Origin: Negaprion brevirostris
Taxonomy: Eukaryota
Assembly: GCA_030324005.1 (NCBI GenBank)
Contig: JARDVH010000025.1
Coordinates: 83,545,693 to 83,609,692 of the forward strand
Length of the DNA: 64,000 nt
Direction of reading: 5' to 3'
Shown here: in pieces, positions 39,101 through 51,391 of the stretch
Layout of the letters: each line of letters opens with the position of its first letter
Position numbering within the stretch: position 1 is the first letter of the stretch
The notes under the pieces: model-generated
The model's database searches: none
Told to the model about the DNA's origin: nothing
Seen by the model: only the letters and a program-made list of their open reading frames with translations
Made by a program: the position numbers and the translations under genes

Positions 39101-40778
39101 ATAGAAGTGTAAAACCTAAGTTGTACTGATGTGCATTACTGGCATTAGATATCCAGAGTAATTTTTAATTTGAATAACAGTAAATTAATATATTTCATGG
39201 CCGTAAAACAAAATTGTTGCCATGGTACTTGATACCTTACCGAGGTCTCAAAGTCGTCAGATCATTTAGGGACTCTGGCCTCTTATTGTTGGTGCAGTAA
39301 TAGCATATGAGGTGGTACATTAGTACACATTCAATGTGTCAGATTGTTTTTACGTAATTCAAACCCAAACGTCAGGAACTTAACTTCAGATCAAAGAAAC
39401 TTATGTAACAGGAAAGCAGCAAAGTAATTCAATACTTAAAGAAATAAATAGGGTAAGTTAACTGCTGTCAGGAATCTGAAGGTTGTGACAGACTTGATAG
39501 CTGGAATTCAGCATCTAAAATATTGTCTATTCAAAGTCATTTTGTACATTTCATCTCCAAGACTAATTTCACACTGGGCATAATGACAGAATTTTAATGG
39601 TGATTAGAGGAAGGATTTTCTCTGCTTACAAAGAGCCATTTTGAAACTTACGGAGACGATAAAGCCCAGATGTGAAATAGGAAAGAACTCTTGACATTGT
39701 ACATAATATATAACAGACCTCTGTCTTTATCGGCTGACAAAATACAGTTAGTAATCTCTGCAAAGCAATCAATAATCTCAATTACGCAAGTCATAAAACT
39801 TTGCTACCCCTATAATAGCAGACTTGTAACTATATTTTTACTCTCCATTCTTAAGCTGCAACAGGAAAGTCTATTTTCTGTGTAATTTTACCCACTATCT
39901 ATTGTGGCATTTATTTACGCATGAGCAATTTTTGCAATTGAATGCATAGCTTGAAATAGTAATCAGGAAAGCTACATTTAATCTTCCTGTGCATATATAT
40001 AATACTAAGCCAGGATTATTTCTTTGGGCCTCATTATTTCAGCAATATTAATTACATTTAAACTAATGGAAAAGTATTCACCCACATAGTGCATGAAGTC
40101 AATTCTTGAATAAGGATAATGTGGTACAACACGTGAAACACAAACTTGCATGCTTGCTGATGTTTACAATGCTGAAGAAAATTTCCAGACTCAATTGTTG
40201 TCACATTGTGTTAATTTAATCCAAGATAGTTCTTTTAGTTCAACATGACTGGCCTGCCTGTGAGCAGACTCCCTGGAAAACTACCCTCCATCTGGATGAA
40301 TGTAGCGAGAATCATAGGGAACACATATGATCATCTTTACATACTTTATTAGCACACCATCACTGAAGCATCTGACTAATCCTCTTTCCTCTATCTTCAA
40401 ACTGAGTACTATCTGGTTTCAATCCAACTAAGATATAAATTGTCAAGTTTTATTTGATCAAAATCTGCATTTCTCAACTCTTAGATGGGCAACTATACCG
40501 GGGATTCTGAACTGTCTACCAAACTACATTGCAGAACAAGCAAATATACTATAAATGGCCTCCAAGCATGGTTGTATTTGAATGGAATGACTTGAACTAT
40601 CAATGAATAACCATCAAGGAAACAATATCTATCCTCTGAAGTACTTGCATCATTTTGAGATGTGCATATTTTCAACTTGCAATAATGCTAACTGAATCAG
40701 TTATAACCAAAGAGAATCTAATATGTGTTATACCACTGGTAAAAATTCGTTCAAACGGCTTGTGTGATAACTAAACAT

Positions 40779-41275
40779 GGGCGGCACGGTAACACAGTGG
40801 TTAGCACTGCTGCTTCACAGCTCCAGGGACCTGGGTTCGATTCCCGGCTCGGGTCACTGNNNNNNNNNNNNNNNNNNNNNNNNNNNNNNNNNNNNNNNNN
40901 NNNNNNNNNNNNNNNNNNNNNNNNNNNNNNNNNNNNNNNNNNNNNNNNNNNNNNNNNNNCACTTCTGCTTCACAGCTCCAGGGACCTGTGTTCGATTCCC
41001 GGCTCGGGTCACTGTCTGTGTGGAGTCTGCACATTCTCCTGGTGTCTGCGTGGGTTTCCTCCAGGCGCTCCAGTTTCATTCCACAGTCCAAAGATGTGCG
41101 GACTAGGTTGATTGGCCATGCTAAAATGCCCCTTAGTGTCCTGAGATGCGTAGGTTAGAGTGATTAGCAGGTAAAGTATGTAGGGATATGGGGGTAGGGC
41201 CTGGGTGGGATTGTGGTCAGTGCAGACTCGATGGACCGAAGGGCCTCTTTCTGCACTGTAGGGATCTATGATTCT
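40779..41275 (+). mobile_element. HE1 SINE, full length (head duplicated across a gap)
   Basis: Head gggcggcacggtaacacagtggttagcac...gggttcgattccc; V-domain; HER1-type tail; direct repeat taaacatggg at 40772-40781 and 41276-41285. Confidence 0.92.
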
Positions 41276-41539
41276 TAAACATGGGAGTGCAATATGAATT
41301 ATCTTTGAGCCTGGAGATTTAGCACAGTAGCACATAAAATTGATTTTCAAATTCCTTCCACAGATTTTCCATCACATGATTGTTAAGTAATAGCAAGCTT
41401 CATCTATATATAAAATCTAATTTTATTGTGAAATCACCAGGCTCCAAAAGTATTTATATTGCAGCTCAATGCTTAATTTTAACACAAGCTATTTTCAAAA
41501 ACCAAGCCTACTGAATTATGGTGGAGGCAGATTCAATCT

Positions 41540-41706
41540 TTGATTTGATTTATTGTCACATGTACTAGTATATAGTGAAAAGTATTGTTTCTTGCATGCG
41601 GACTAAGCATATTGTTCATAGAGAAGAAAAGGAGAGAGTGCAGAATGTGGTGTAACACTCACAGCTAGGGTATAGAGAAAGCTCAACTTAGTGCGAGGTA
41701 GGTCCA
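41540..41706 (-). mobile_element. 3' UTR of the Rex1/Babar family seen at 9650-10482, inserted in an old CR1 tail
   Basis: tttgatttgatttattgtcacat...tagtgaaaagtattgtttcttg is the reverse complement of 10425-10481. Confidence 0.8.
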
Positions 41707-41967
41707 TGGCTTTCACAAGAGGCTAGGATTCTTTTTCTGAAGCAGAATAAGTGACACAGCTATGGAAAAAGGCAGAGGAGTGGCGCTAAGTGTCATTGAT
41801 CTTGCAATCAATATATCTTTTTTAAGGAGGTTAGCTAACCTTTCACCAATGGTACCAGGAACCTTTACTTGCATGTTATGCCAGTAAACAGGAGATCTTT
41901 GTTACTCTATCAGTTTTTCTTTCTCCACCATCAGAGTTCAAGATGGTTGTTAACCTACAGAAAAAAC

Positions 41968-42270
41968 ATACTCTTGATCTTTGGCCATCCATTGCAGAGG
42001 GCAATGGACAGATTGAGGGCCTTCGCTTGGGGCTGTGCCTGGACCTGGTCAAGGTGGTTGTCAGTCAGCACAGGCAGCAAGAGGTTGAGGGACTTGTTCG
42101 ATCTGACAACCTGCCTCTCTTCTATGGCTATAACCACGTCAGGGCGTCCCTAGAGAGAGACACCCTGCAGTATCCAGTGGCACATGTGAGACTTTCTGTG
42201 ACTGGCCATGACTGGAATACATCATTGATAATCAGGACCAGACTTTAATTTGATGTGTTAAGTTTTCTTC
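41968..42270 (+). mobile_element. Tx1-like (L1 clade) LINE ORF2 C-terminal remnant
   Basis: Across frameshifts: LLIFGHPLQR / LGLCLDLVKVVVSQHRQQEVEGLVRSDNLPLFYGYNHVRASLER / AVSSGT, matching the recalled fish/shark Tx1 C-terminus. Confidence 0.7.
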
Positions 42271-42423
42271 AAATTTTGTTAGTTTATTTGTGGTAATCCT
42301 TTGAGAAGAGTTGCCTGTGAATAGTCATTATGAAAGAGCAAGCTTACAGAAAATTTTTACATTTAATAACCATGAATATTTTGTTTTTAATTCTAAGTAA
42401 AATACCTGTGTTTATATTTCTAG

Positions 42424-42493
42424 ATTCTGATGCGTTAAACTATAGCACCAAGCTGTGTAACAAACAAGCCGCTGTCTTCAAAGCTGCTACCAG
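42424..42493 (+). CDS. Internal coding exon of the host gene (xSDALNYSTKLCNKQAAVFKAATR)
   Basis: tttatatttctag| acceptor and CAG|gtaggt donor. 70 nt with a single open frame (phase 1 to phase 2), compatible with the 58893 exon. Confidence 0.75.
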
Positions 42494-43429
42494 GTAGGTG
42501 AAGTGTTCGAGCTAATTAGTATGAACTACATCAGAGCATGTTAGTTTCCCTTTGCGTTACAGCTGTTGGCCACAGTGAATGTTGCATGCATCTACTTCAT
42601 GATTTATAGAATACTTCATTGCCTGAACTGCCAGATGCCTATCTGGAATGCTTTGTATATAATTACAATCTCAACACCAATCCTGTGCTCTAGGATGTGC
42701 GCTGCACTTTAACGACAATGCTCTCGCCACCTGCTCAACCATTTGTGAGCCTCAGCAGTTATCTACAACTATTGTCTAGGAACGGATGGGTCAGTAAATG
42801 CTTATGTCTAACCCAAAAAAGAGAGGGAAAAGAACAGCTTCTCTTTTGTTCCAAAGCTTCCCTGTCTCCAAATGGTGCTGATTTGATTTGCGTAGCCCCC
42901 AATCTGTGATACACAATCAGCGTTTTTGTTTTAGAAATGCCTCTGTTTGTCCGCAAGCTTGAACAGCCTGTTTCATTTTTTTTTAAAGGCAACTTGATGT
43001 TAGGTTACATTGACTAACAATTTGCAATTTCTGAGACAAAAGACTGGAAGACTTTATGATGAGAATTTCCAAAAGATCTGTATGCTCAAGCAATGCGTAT
43101 TATTCTGTATTATACGGTTACACTAACTTAATGCTAGTGTGACTGCAGGCAGCAATGCTTCTGCTGCTGATGTAAGAAACATGCAGTTACCCAACGTTTT
43201 AAAATTGAACAATGCCTCTAGCCTTCTGTAGTGCTAGAACCCATATGTTGTATGACAGAATGCAGTATTCATTTTATTGAAGAGCTGTCTTTTAATTTAA
43301 TTCAGTTTAAGGAAAGACAAAACCATCATCTGAGGATTATTTTGAAATTCGGATTGCTTCTCTATTATTACAAGTATATTGCCACTGAAATGTTGAAAAG
43401 CTGTGTTACTATTTTAGAAAGTTAATATA

Positions 43430-43890
43430 TAACTTGGTGTTCTAAGCACCCTGTTATAGGAAGCATAATTGAGCTATGCAAGTGGTCCTGTGAAAATCTA
43501 CTGGAATAAGTACCAAGAGCGAGAGATGGTTATAGTTACAAGAAAGGAAATGTTTTTTTCTAAAAACTCTAATAGAGAAAATTAAAGAGTTCTAATCTGG
43601 GGGTTCAGCACTTTTAGGGAGTAAATATGATTCATCTCACTGTTTGACAGACCATAATGAGGGGTCATGAACTCCTCGTGTCAATAGAAAAGATATAGGG
43701 AAATGTTAGAGAAATACTTACCTTGAATGGCTTTGAGATAGACAATAATATCACTTAAAGAGAATTGGCCAAGTATTTGAAAAGGAGAGAGATATAAAAT
43801 GAAGCAGCAGAATAACATTAAAATGGATTATTCTAATTGAAGAATTGCTGCTGATAAATATACAATGGACTAAATAAGCTTGATCTGTGC
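43430..43890 (+). mobile_element. Very old CR1 3' portion
   Basis: Degenerate gcaccctgttataggaag..., aatgaggggtcatgaactc, ttaaagagaattggccaagtatttg and tail. Confidence 0.5.
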
Positions 43891-44689
43891 TTTTATTTTG
43901 ATCTGCAAAATTTAAAAATAACGTACAACTTTTTCCCCCCAGTTCTTTCTTTCTCCTTTAGTTCTCATTGGATTTCCACGTTTAGGCATTTATTTTTTTC
44001 CCTTACTAAATGCAAGGATTTTCATTTTTCGCACCCAGTATCTGGTTTTCAGTGTAGAGCAAAGACCTATAGTGAAATATCATTGGCTAAAGCTGGATAC
44101 AAAAGCCTGTTTTTTAGGTAATAACAGTTACAACCATTCAGGTTTCATCTGTTGGCATCATTAGCGCACACAGCTGTTTTCCACCAACATATAACAACAG
44201 TACACGTGCTCAAGAAGATAATTCATTCAAAACCTGGGCAGCTGATTGTATCCAAGGACAAATAATAAATCTGAACATTCTATTATTGTATGAATGATTT
44301 GGTGGATCGGAAATGATTGGTATAGTTAGAAGCTTTCTTAATTGCATGTAATATTTTATCAGTTTTGTCTACTTGTCACTTTTGGTGAATATCTTGTTGG
44401 GATGTGGGTAATGATGCTTGTATTGTCCATCATTCAGATATAACTCTTGACAGTGTAGAATGCATCACTGCTAAACCTAACTGTATCCATGCATACATTT
44501 TTCAAATATAGCTTTCGGGAATAATTTGAAGCAGAAATCCAAGCTATTTTCTTCGTTCCTTCGCCACCCTGCAACCATGAGTTCAGTTCAGAGATGTATG
44601 TGATAGAGCAATGTTATTTCCATGACTGGCTCATGAGTGATCTTATGTGCTGTTTTTGATGGGGTGAAGGAGGCTGACTGTCAAATCAA

Positions 44690-47508
44690 GTGTCAGATGG
44701 CCAATTAGTGGACGTCCAAGAGGAAAGCAGCCACGGGGCAAGGGTTCAGCTGAATGGAAAATTAGAAGGTAGGAGTACAGGTTAGTGACGAGGCTGATGG
44801 TTTCTAGAAAATAAAAGGAAGAAACAGAATGTATCGGTCATATTATCTGAGAAATCATATAGAAGTAGGGAAATTTGATAATAGAACAAATTTAAAAGCT
44901 TTGTATCTGAATGCAAGAAGCATTTGGAATAAAATTGAGTTAACAGTGCGCACAGGAAAAAAGAGGTATGATTTGGTGGTGCTTACTGAGATGTGGTTGC
45001 AGAGAAACCAGGTTTGAGAACTGAATATCCAAGGGTACGCTGTATTTTGGAAGGGTTGGCAAAAAGGGAAAGGAGGTGGTGTAACTTTGTTCGTGAAGGA
45101 AGAGAGAAGTGCTGTAATGAGAAATAATTTAGAGACTGGAGATCAAGATGTAGAATCAGTTTGAGTAGAAGGAAAAGAAGCCGCTGGTGGGAGTAATCTA
45201 TAGATCACATAACAGTAACAGTTGGGCGCAGTATAAATCAGGAAATATTGGGAGCTTGTAAAAAATGTACAGCAATAATCATGGATAATTTTAATATGCA
45301 CATAGACTGGATTAATCAAATTGCCAAGGGTAACCTCAAGGGGGAGGGGAGTTCATTGAATGTATTGGAGATTGTTTCTTGGAGCAATATGTTGTGAACC
45401 AACCAAGGAGCAGAGTATTCTGAATTTGGTGTTGAGGGTGGGTTAACTAATGATCTCATAGTTAAGAATCCTCTGGGGAAAAGTGATCATAGCATGCTAG
45501 AATTCAAAGCTCAGTTTGAGGGAGAGAAACTGGAGTCCGACATTAGGGTCCTGGAGTTAAAGGTAATTACATGAGCATGAGATGAAACTTGGCCTTTGTG
45601 GTCTGGGCAGGAAGGCTAAAAGGTAGAACAATTGATGAGCAGTGACAGTTGTTTAATGAGTATTCCTCTCAACTAAATTATATTCCAGAGAGAGAGAACA
45701 ATTGTGAGAGGGGAAAAAACATCCATGGCTAAGTAAGGAAGTTAGGAAACTTTTAAAGATCATCAAAGGGTTATTAAAAAAGTAATAAAAAGAATGAAGA
45801 TAAACTATGAAAAAAAATCTAATGCAAAGTGCAAAAAAGGATAGCAAAAGCTTCTATGACTCTTGGAACACAGAAATGGTTGAGACACTAAGTCAATATA
45901 TAGCCTCAGTTTTCACAGTGGAGCAAACTGGTACCATCCCGATAGTAACAGCTAATGCAGAGGTAATAGAAAGGAAGGAACTTAGAACACTCATCATCAA
46001 TAGGGAAAAAGTACTGAGCAAACCAGTGGGATTGAAGACAGACAAGTCCCCGGGACCTGATGACTTATATCCTAGGGTATTAAAAAAAGTGGCAGCAGAG
46101 ATAGTGGATCTATTGGTTATATTATTCCAAAATTCCCTGGATGTGGGGAAAGTTATAGTTGATTCGAAAAATGATAATATAATGCCCTTATTCAAAAAAG
46201 GAGGAAACTAGACAAGTTTAACATCTGTTGTTGGGAAATTGTTCAAATCAATTATTAACAGAGTAATAACAGGAAAGTCAAAATGCAATCCATTCGAGTC
46301 AGCATAGTTTTATGAAGGGTAAATCATGTTTGACTAATTTGCTGGTGTTCTTCGAAGATGTATCAAGCAAAGCGGATAATGGGCATCCTGCAGATGTAGT
46401 ATATCTGGACTTTAAGAAAGCACTTGATAAGGTGTCACCCTAAAGATTAATACACAAGGTAAGATCACATGGGGTTAGGAATAATTTATTAGCTTGGATA
46501 GAGAATTGGCTAACGAACAAAAAGCAGGGAATTTGGATAAATGGTTCCTAATCAGGTTGGCAATGTGTAATTGGTGGGGTGGGGCAAGGTTCAGTCCCTG
46601 GGTTCCAACTATTTATAATCTATATTNNNNNNNNNNNNNNNNNNNNNNNNNNNNNNNNNNNNNNNNNNNNNNNNNNNNNNNNNNNNNNNNNNNNNNNNNN
46701 NNNNNNNNNNNNNNNNNNNNNNNNNNNNNNNNNNNNNNNNNNNNNNNNNNNNNNNNNNNNNNNNNNNNNNNNNNNNNNNNNNNNNNNNNNNNNNNNNNNN
46801 NNNNNNNNNNNNNNNNNNNNNNNNNNNNNNNNNNNNNNNNNNNNNNNNNNNNNNNNNNNNNNNNNNNNNNNNNNNNNNNNNNNNNNNNNNNNNNNNNNNN
46901 NNNNNNNNNNNNNNNNNNNNNNNNNNNNNNNNNNNNNNNNNNNNNNNNNNNNNNNNNNNNNNNNNNNNNNNNNNNNNNNNNTGGCCCATTCGTCCAGCCT
47001 ATCTAGATCCTTCTGCAGACTCTCCACACCCTCCGTGCAATTTGCCGTTCCACCAATCACTTGAGAGATGTCGTTACTTTGGAGGTAGTTCAAAGGAGGT
47101 TCACTAGGTTGATTCCAGAGATGAGGTTGATATATAAGATGAAAGGTATTGACAAAGTAGTTGCAGAGATGCTTCCTGTTGTTGGGCAATCTGTAACAAG
47201 AAATCATAGTTTTAGGATAAGGGGCAGCAAATTTAAAACAGAAATGAGGAAAAATTGCTTCTCTCAAAGGGTAGTGAATTTGCAGAAATCACCCAATGTC
47301 CCAGCAAACACCACACCCAGAATGTGGTGGTTTCTGCGACATTGTGAATTTAAGGAGTAGAGAGACAGATTTTTAATTAGTAATGGGTTGAAAGATTATG
47401 AAAGAAAGGTAGGAAAGTGGAGATGGGGCGAGATGAGATTAGCTATGATCACATTAAATGGCGGAGCAGGCTTGAGGGGCTGAACTACATACTTAGTTCT
47501 TACGTTAT
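44690..47508 (+). mobile_element. Long CR1 LINE (EN + RT + 3' tail), pseudogenised, gap inside; - strand CR1 piece at 46982-47056
   Basis: LKALYLNARSIWNK, YDLVVLTEMWLQ, DKSPGPDDLYPRVLKKVAAEIVD, KGKSCLTNLL, LEVVQRRFTRLIPEM. Confidence 0.92.
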
Positions 47509-47556
47509 ATTCTAATTAATCATGGAAGAGTGTCTCCGTAATTAATAGGGAGTCTA

Positions 47557-48029
47557 GGCTGGGATTTCATATGACAGATGTTGCCACAAACAGGAAGTTG
47601 GCCATTGCTACAAATTTAAAGGCCTCCTTCTCTCTGTCTTTCTTTTTTATTGAAGCCTCAAGAAAGTCAAAAAATTAACTTAATCATAAGATGCTACCAC
47701 TTTCATCAGTAAAATCTGCTGCTACAGTTGTCTCACTGACAGCCTTTGCTTCCACTTTGTGCTGCTTCGTTATACCTGCCAAAAGCCCTCCCAAACTTCA
47801 ATTTGTCTGATACCTGAAAAATGCAGCCGACAAAAAAATCCCATATAATTGGGCTTTTTTAACAAGCTCAACAGCTTGTTAATTTAATATTTAAAAATCA
47901 TGGGTGGTCTTCCAATTTATATGCTTGCTCATCTTACATGACTGGCATGATAACATCTTATTCAACATCATCCAACATCTTACGTTTATGCGCATGGGAT
48001 GACCCAATTTGTGGCTGCAAAATCCAGCT
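47557..48029. mobile_element. Harbinger-type MITE remnant
   Basis: ggctgggattt...aaatccagct ends resembling the TIR family above. Confidence 0.4.
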
Positions 48030-48249
48030 CTCTATGTCTCAACTCAGCACACAGCTAGCACTCTGAACCACAGGGAAACTGCATGCAGCACTTGATTGTA
48101 TTTTCCTATTTAGGTTTATGAAAAAATTGTAAATGTGTGATTCAGAGTGAAACCATTTTATCAGTAGAACAATTCTAGGCATCAGCTGAAATGCCGTTTC
48201 ATTATTAATGCAGTTCAGAACTAATTTATATATTACAGTGATTTTCTAT

Positions 48250-48669
48250 GTTTAAAGTTTATTTATTAGTGTCACTATTAGGCTTACATTAACACTGCAA
48301 TGAAGTTACTGTGAAAATCCCCTGGTCACCACCCTGTGGCGCCTGTTCAGATACATTGACAGAGAATTTAGCATGGCCAATGCACCTAACCAGCACATCT
48401 TTCGGACAGTGGGAGGACTCCGGAGCACCCATAAGAGCGTAAGAAGTAGGAGCAGGAGTAGGCCATCCAGCCCTTCGAGCCTGCCCCACCATTCAATAAG
48501 ATCATGGTTGATCTGAAGTGGATCAGTTCCACTTTCCCGCTTTCTNNNNNNNNNNNNNNNNNNNNNNNNNNNNNNNNNNNNNNNNNNNNNNNNNNNNNNN
48601 NNNNNNNNNNNNNNNNNNNNNNNNNNNNNNNNNNNNNNNNNNNNNCTAACCACTGTGTCACCGTGCCGC
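48250..48669 (-). mobile_element. HE1-like V-SINE with alternative tail; CR1 3' end nested at 48431-48545
   Basis: aaagtttatttattagtgtcac...gcttacattaacactgcaatgaagttactgtgaaaatcccc; head ctaaccactgtgtcaccgtgccgc after the gap. Confidence 0.88.
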
Positions 48670-51303
48670 TCATGTAAAGATCCAGAAGTGCTCAAAGGCA
48701 TTGTGTTACACAAACTGGGCTATTTATATCCGATTACAAAATTACTGATTGTTTCTGCAATCAAGTCAATCTTACAGTTCTATCTATGCAAATTGCCAAT
48801 CTTTATTAGAAAACCTCAGCCCTCGGATATCAAAATGTGGTTACCAGGCATGGGTAAATAAATCTATACTGCCCTCTGGTCGTCGGGTTTGGTATTGCAG
48901 TTCCTCGGAAACATTTTACAGGATAAGCTGATTGTGAATGACTTGACTGTTTTATTTTACTGAGAAACTGTTGTAGATGAAATTATATAGGGCCGTTATT
49001 TTAAGTGCACCTGTTTTATGAAATGTCTGAATTAGTCTACATTTGCTTGAGGTTTTTCCTCTTCTGTTTTTCCTTAGCTTCCACCCTCCCCACCGTTTTC
49101 TTCCCTCTCACCCATCCCACTATAGCACACCAATTGAGGACAGGCAGTTTATTGTTCACATTCCTTAGCCACTGTTTCTCTGGCCAGCTGCTGGTAGGTA
49201 AAGAAGCAATCAGGAAAACTTTGCTGCCATTTGTCAAAGTCAGGCAGCTGTATCAGTAATTCAGCAAAATCAATGCTATCTCTGTCCCACTGTTTGTGAC
49301 GTTGCATATTTGTACCAGTACATGCCCAATGTGCTGCCCTTTATAAATGTTTTTAACATTCCTTAAGCAAGGAACAGATTGAATGACAGTATGAAAGTTT
49401 GTTCATTGTGAAGTAACATGCACTGTTTGTTATTGGTTGACTATTTTTACAAATTTAGAATGTTAACTTACAGGGGGCATGAAACAGGGTACTCTCTCAT
49501 TTTAGAATTCATCTATAACAAGGCATCAGATTATGAAAATCTGTTTGAACCTATGCTTGAATTATATTGGATTGTTGATGTCCAGGAAGGTGAACTTTGA
49601 CAAAGATATCAAAGGTGCAGAATTTGGCCCCAAACTTTTGAATCTGTCAAAAAAATTGAAACAATTGATTTCAATCCAGGAGATCATGAAATCATTTGCT
49701 TCAGTTCTTAAATGAATGGATAGATTTGTTATCTACATTGTGTGCTGTGATTAGAATATAACAAACACCTTTAGATATGACATTATCATTAATAGGAGAT
49801 AACAGACAGTGTAGGTAAATTACAGCAGTAACCTTTTGGCCATATAGTTTGAGTGGCAATTGTAAACATCATCTGAGCTTCAGGCTTAGTTTTGTGCCTT
49901 TAACTCATTTAGAAGTTTATATTTGTGATACGAATATTATCATGTGTTTGTGCAGCAGACTGTTACGTTTGACATTTGGCAGATATTCTGATGCCATTTG
50001 AAAAAAATATTGATTTATTATGTAAACCTGAAAATAATTTAGATCACAATTGCAATTTTATAGTTACTTAGAACCAGATTGTGTAGTTAGGCATAGAGTC
50101 GTTGTGATCTCCTCATTAGTAATGGCTCTGGTGCAGAATGAAGGACTTCTAGTCTGAGTGAAAATGTGCATCTGCCATGCATTTTACAACTGTTCTCAGC
50201 CAGTCAACTCCTTATTTAAGACTTAATCCAATTGATGTTGCAGCTGAGTGCCACGGAGACTTTTCAGTTTCAGCGTGAAAAGGCGTCATGTCAAATTCAG
50301 TACCTTGTGGCCTCCTGCTGTGAGCAGATTATTATCTTGCCCTTGGTGCTCTGATAATCAACATCCACCTAGTTCCTGGCAGGTTAAAAGTTGTTGCACC
50401 CATGTCCATGTAACCGAGGAACAAGATCATTAACTACCTTTTAATGTTTTTCTCTTAAATGTGGAAATCAAACCAAGGCCACCAGTCAGTTTCTCTAAAA
50501 TGTGCAGATGAAACATGCCATCTACCCTACAGTTAGTCATCCTCAGAGAATCCAGTTTCCACTTGATTAATGGTACAATATATGATAAAATAATCTGTGG
50601 TTTTTAGACCAGCACTTTTGTATGACATGCCATAAATGCTGTGTTAAATATACAGTATCTCCCCCCCCCCCCCCAACCCCCAGGACTGCACAGTATCCCC
50701 ACATCCCCAACCCACCAAGCACCTCCCTCCTCCCTCCTCCTTTTCAATGGGAGCTTTAAACTCATCTGCTTTACAGCAGTTATGGTAAAAAAAAAAGGAG
50801 CATGTCCCACTTTGCTCCATTCCTTTTGCACTTTGCAGCTGGAACTGGGGCAGGCTTCACTTCTTCGGTCTCACTCAGACAATGTCAGGAAGGTTGGCAA
50901 GACAGGTGCTTTCTGTCTTAAGCACAGTTTGCTCACTGAGGAGTGGCAATCCACTGCTGACTACCACTCCAGGGAATTTGTGGGCCATTGACATGACAGC
51001 CTGGAGTTGGATCTATGGATTCTTTAACTGTGCTGACAACTGAAGCAATATATGAAGAACTTAACTTGAACCTATCTTACTGTTATTTCCATCAGTTTTG
51101 TAGTAATTTACTTCAAAATGCTGAGCTTTTTTGGTTAATATGAACATTTCATGTTACATGAATGCCATGCTTTAAGTTGGAAACAGATTCTGCAAAATGT
51201 AAAACTGCCACATAGAGGGAAAAGTACATATATGTGAATGTAACCTGCTGCTATTTCAGGTTTTAGCAGCAAAAGCTTTCCTAATGAATCAGGTTCCATT
51301 CCA

Positions 51304-51391
51304 TGGGCTGAATTGTCCCATCCCATCTGCCACGGGAATCGTAGCGGGTGGGACGCCGACCTTGGGGTGAGCGCGATCATAAAATCCCACA
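51304..51391. mobile_element. Short internally deleted Harbinger-type MITE
   Basis: gggctgaatt start, aaaatccc end, CpG-rich interior. Confidence 0.4.

Noticed and set aside
40779-40860. tRNA gene
   Set aside because: tRNA-derived SINE head that continues into the V-domain and tail.
41943-42248. 101-aa ORF near the real exon, as a possible host exon
   Set aside because: It is a frameshifted Tx1-like ORF2 C-terminus.
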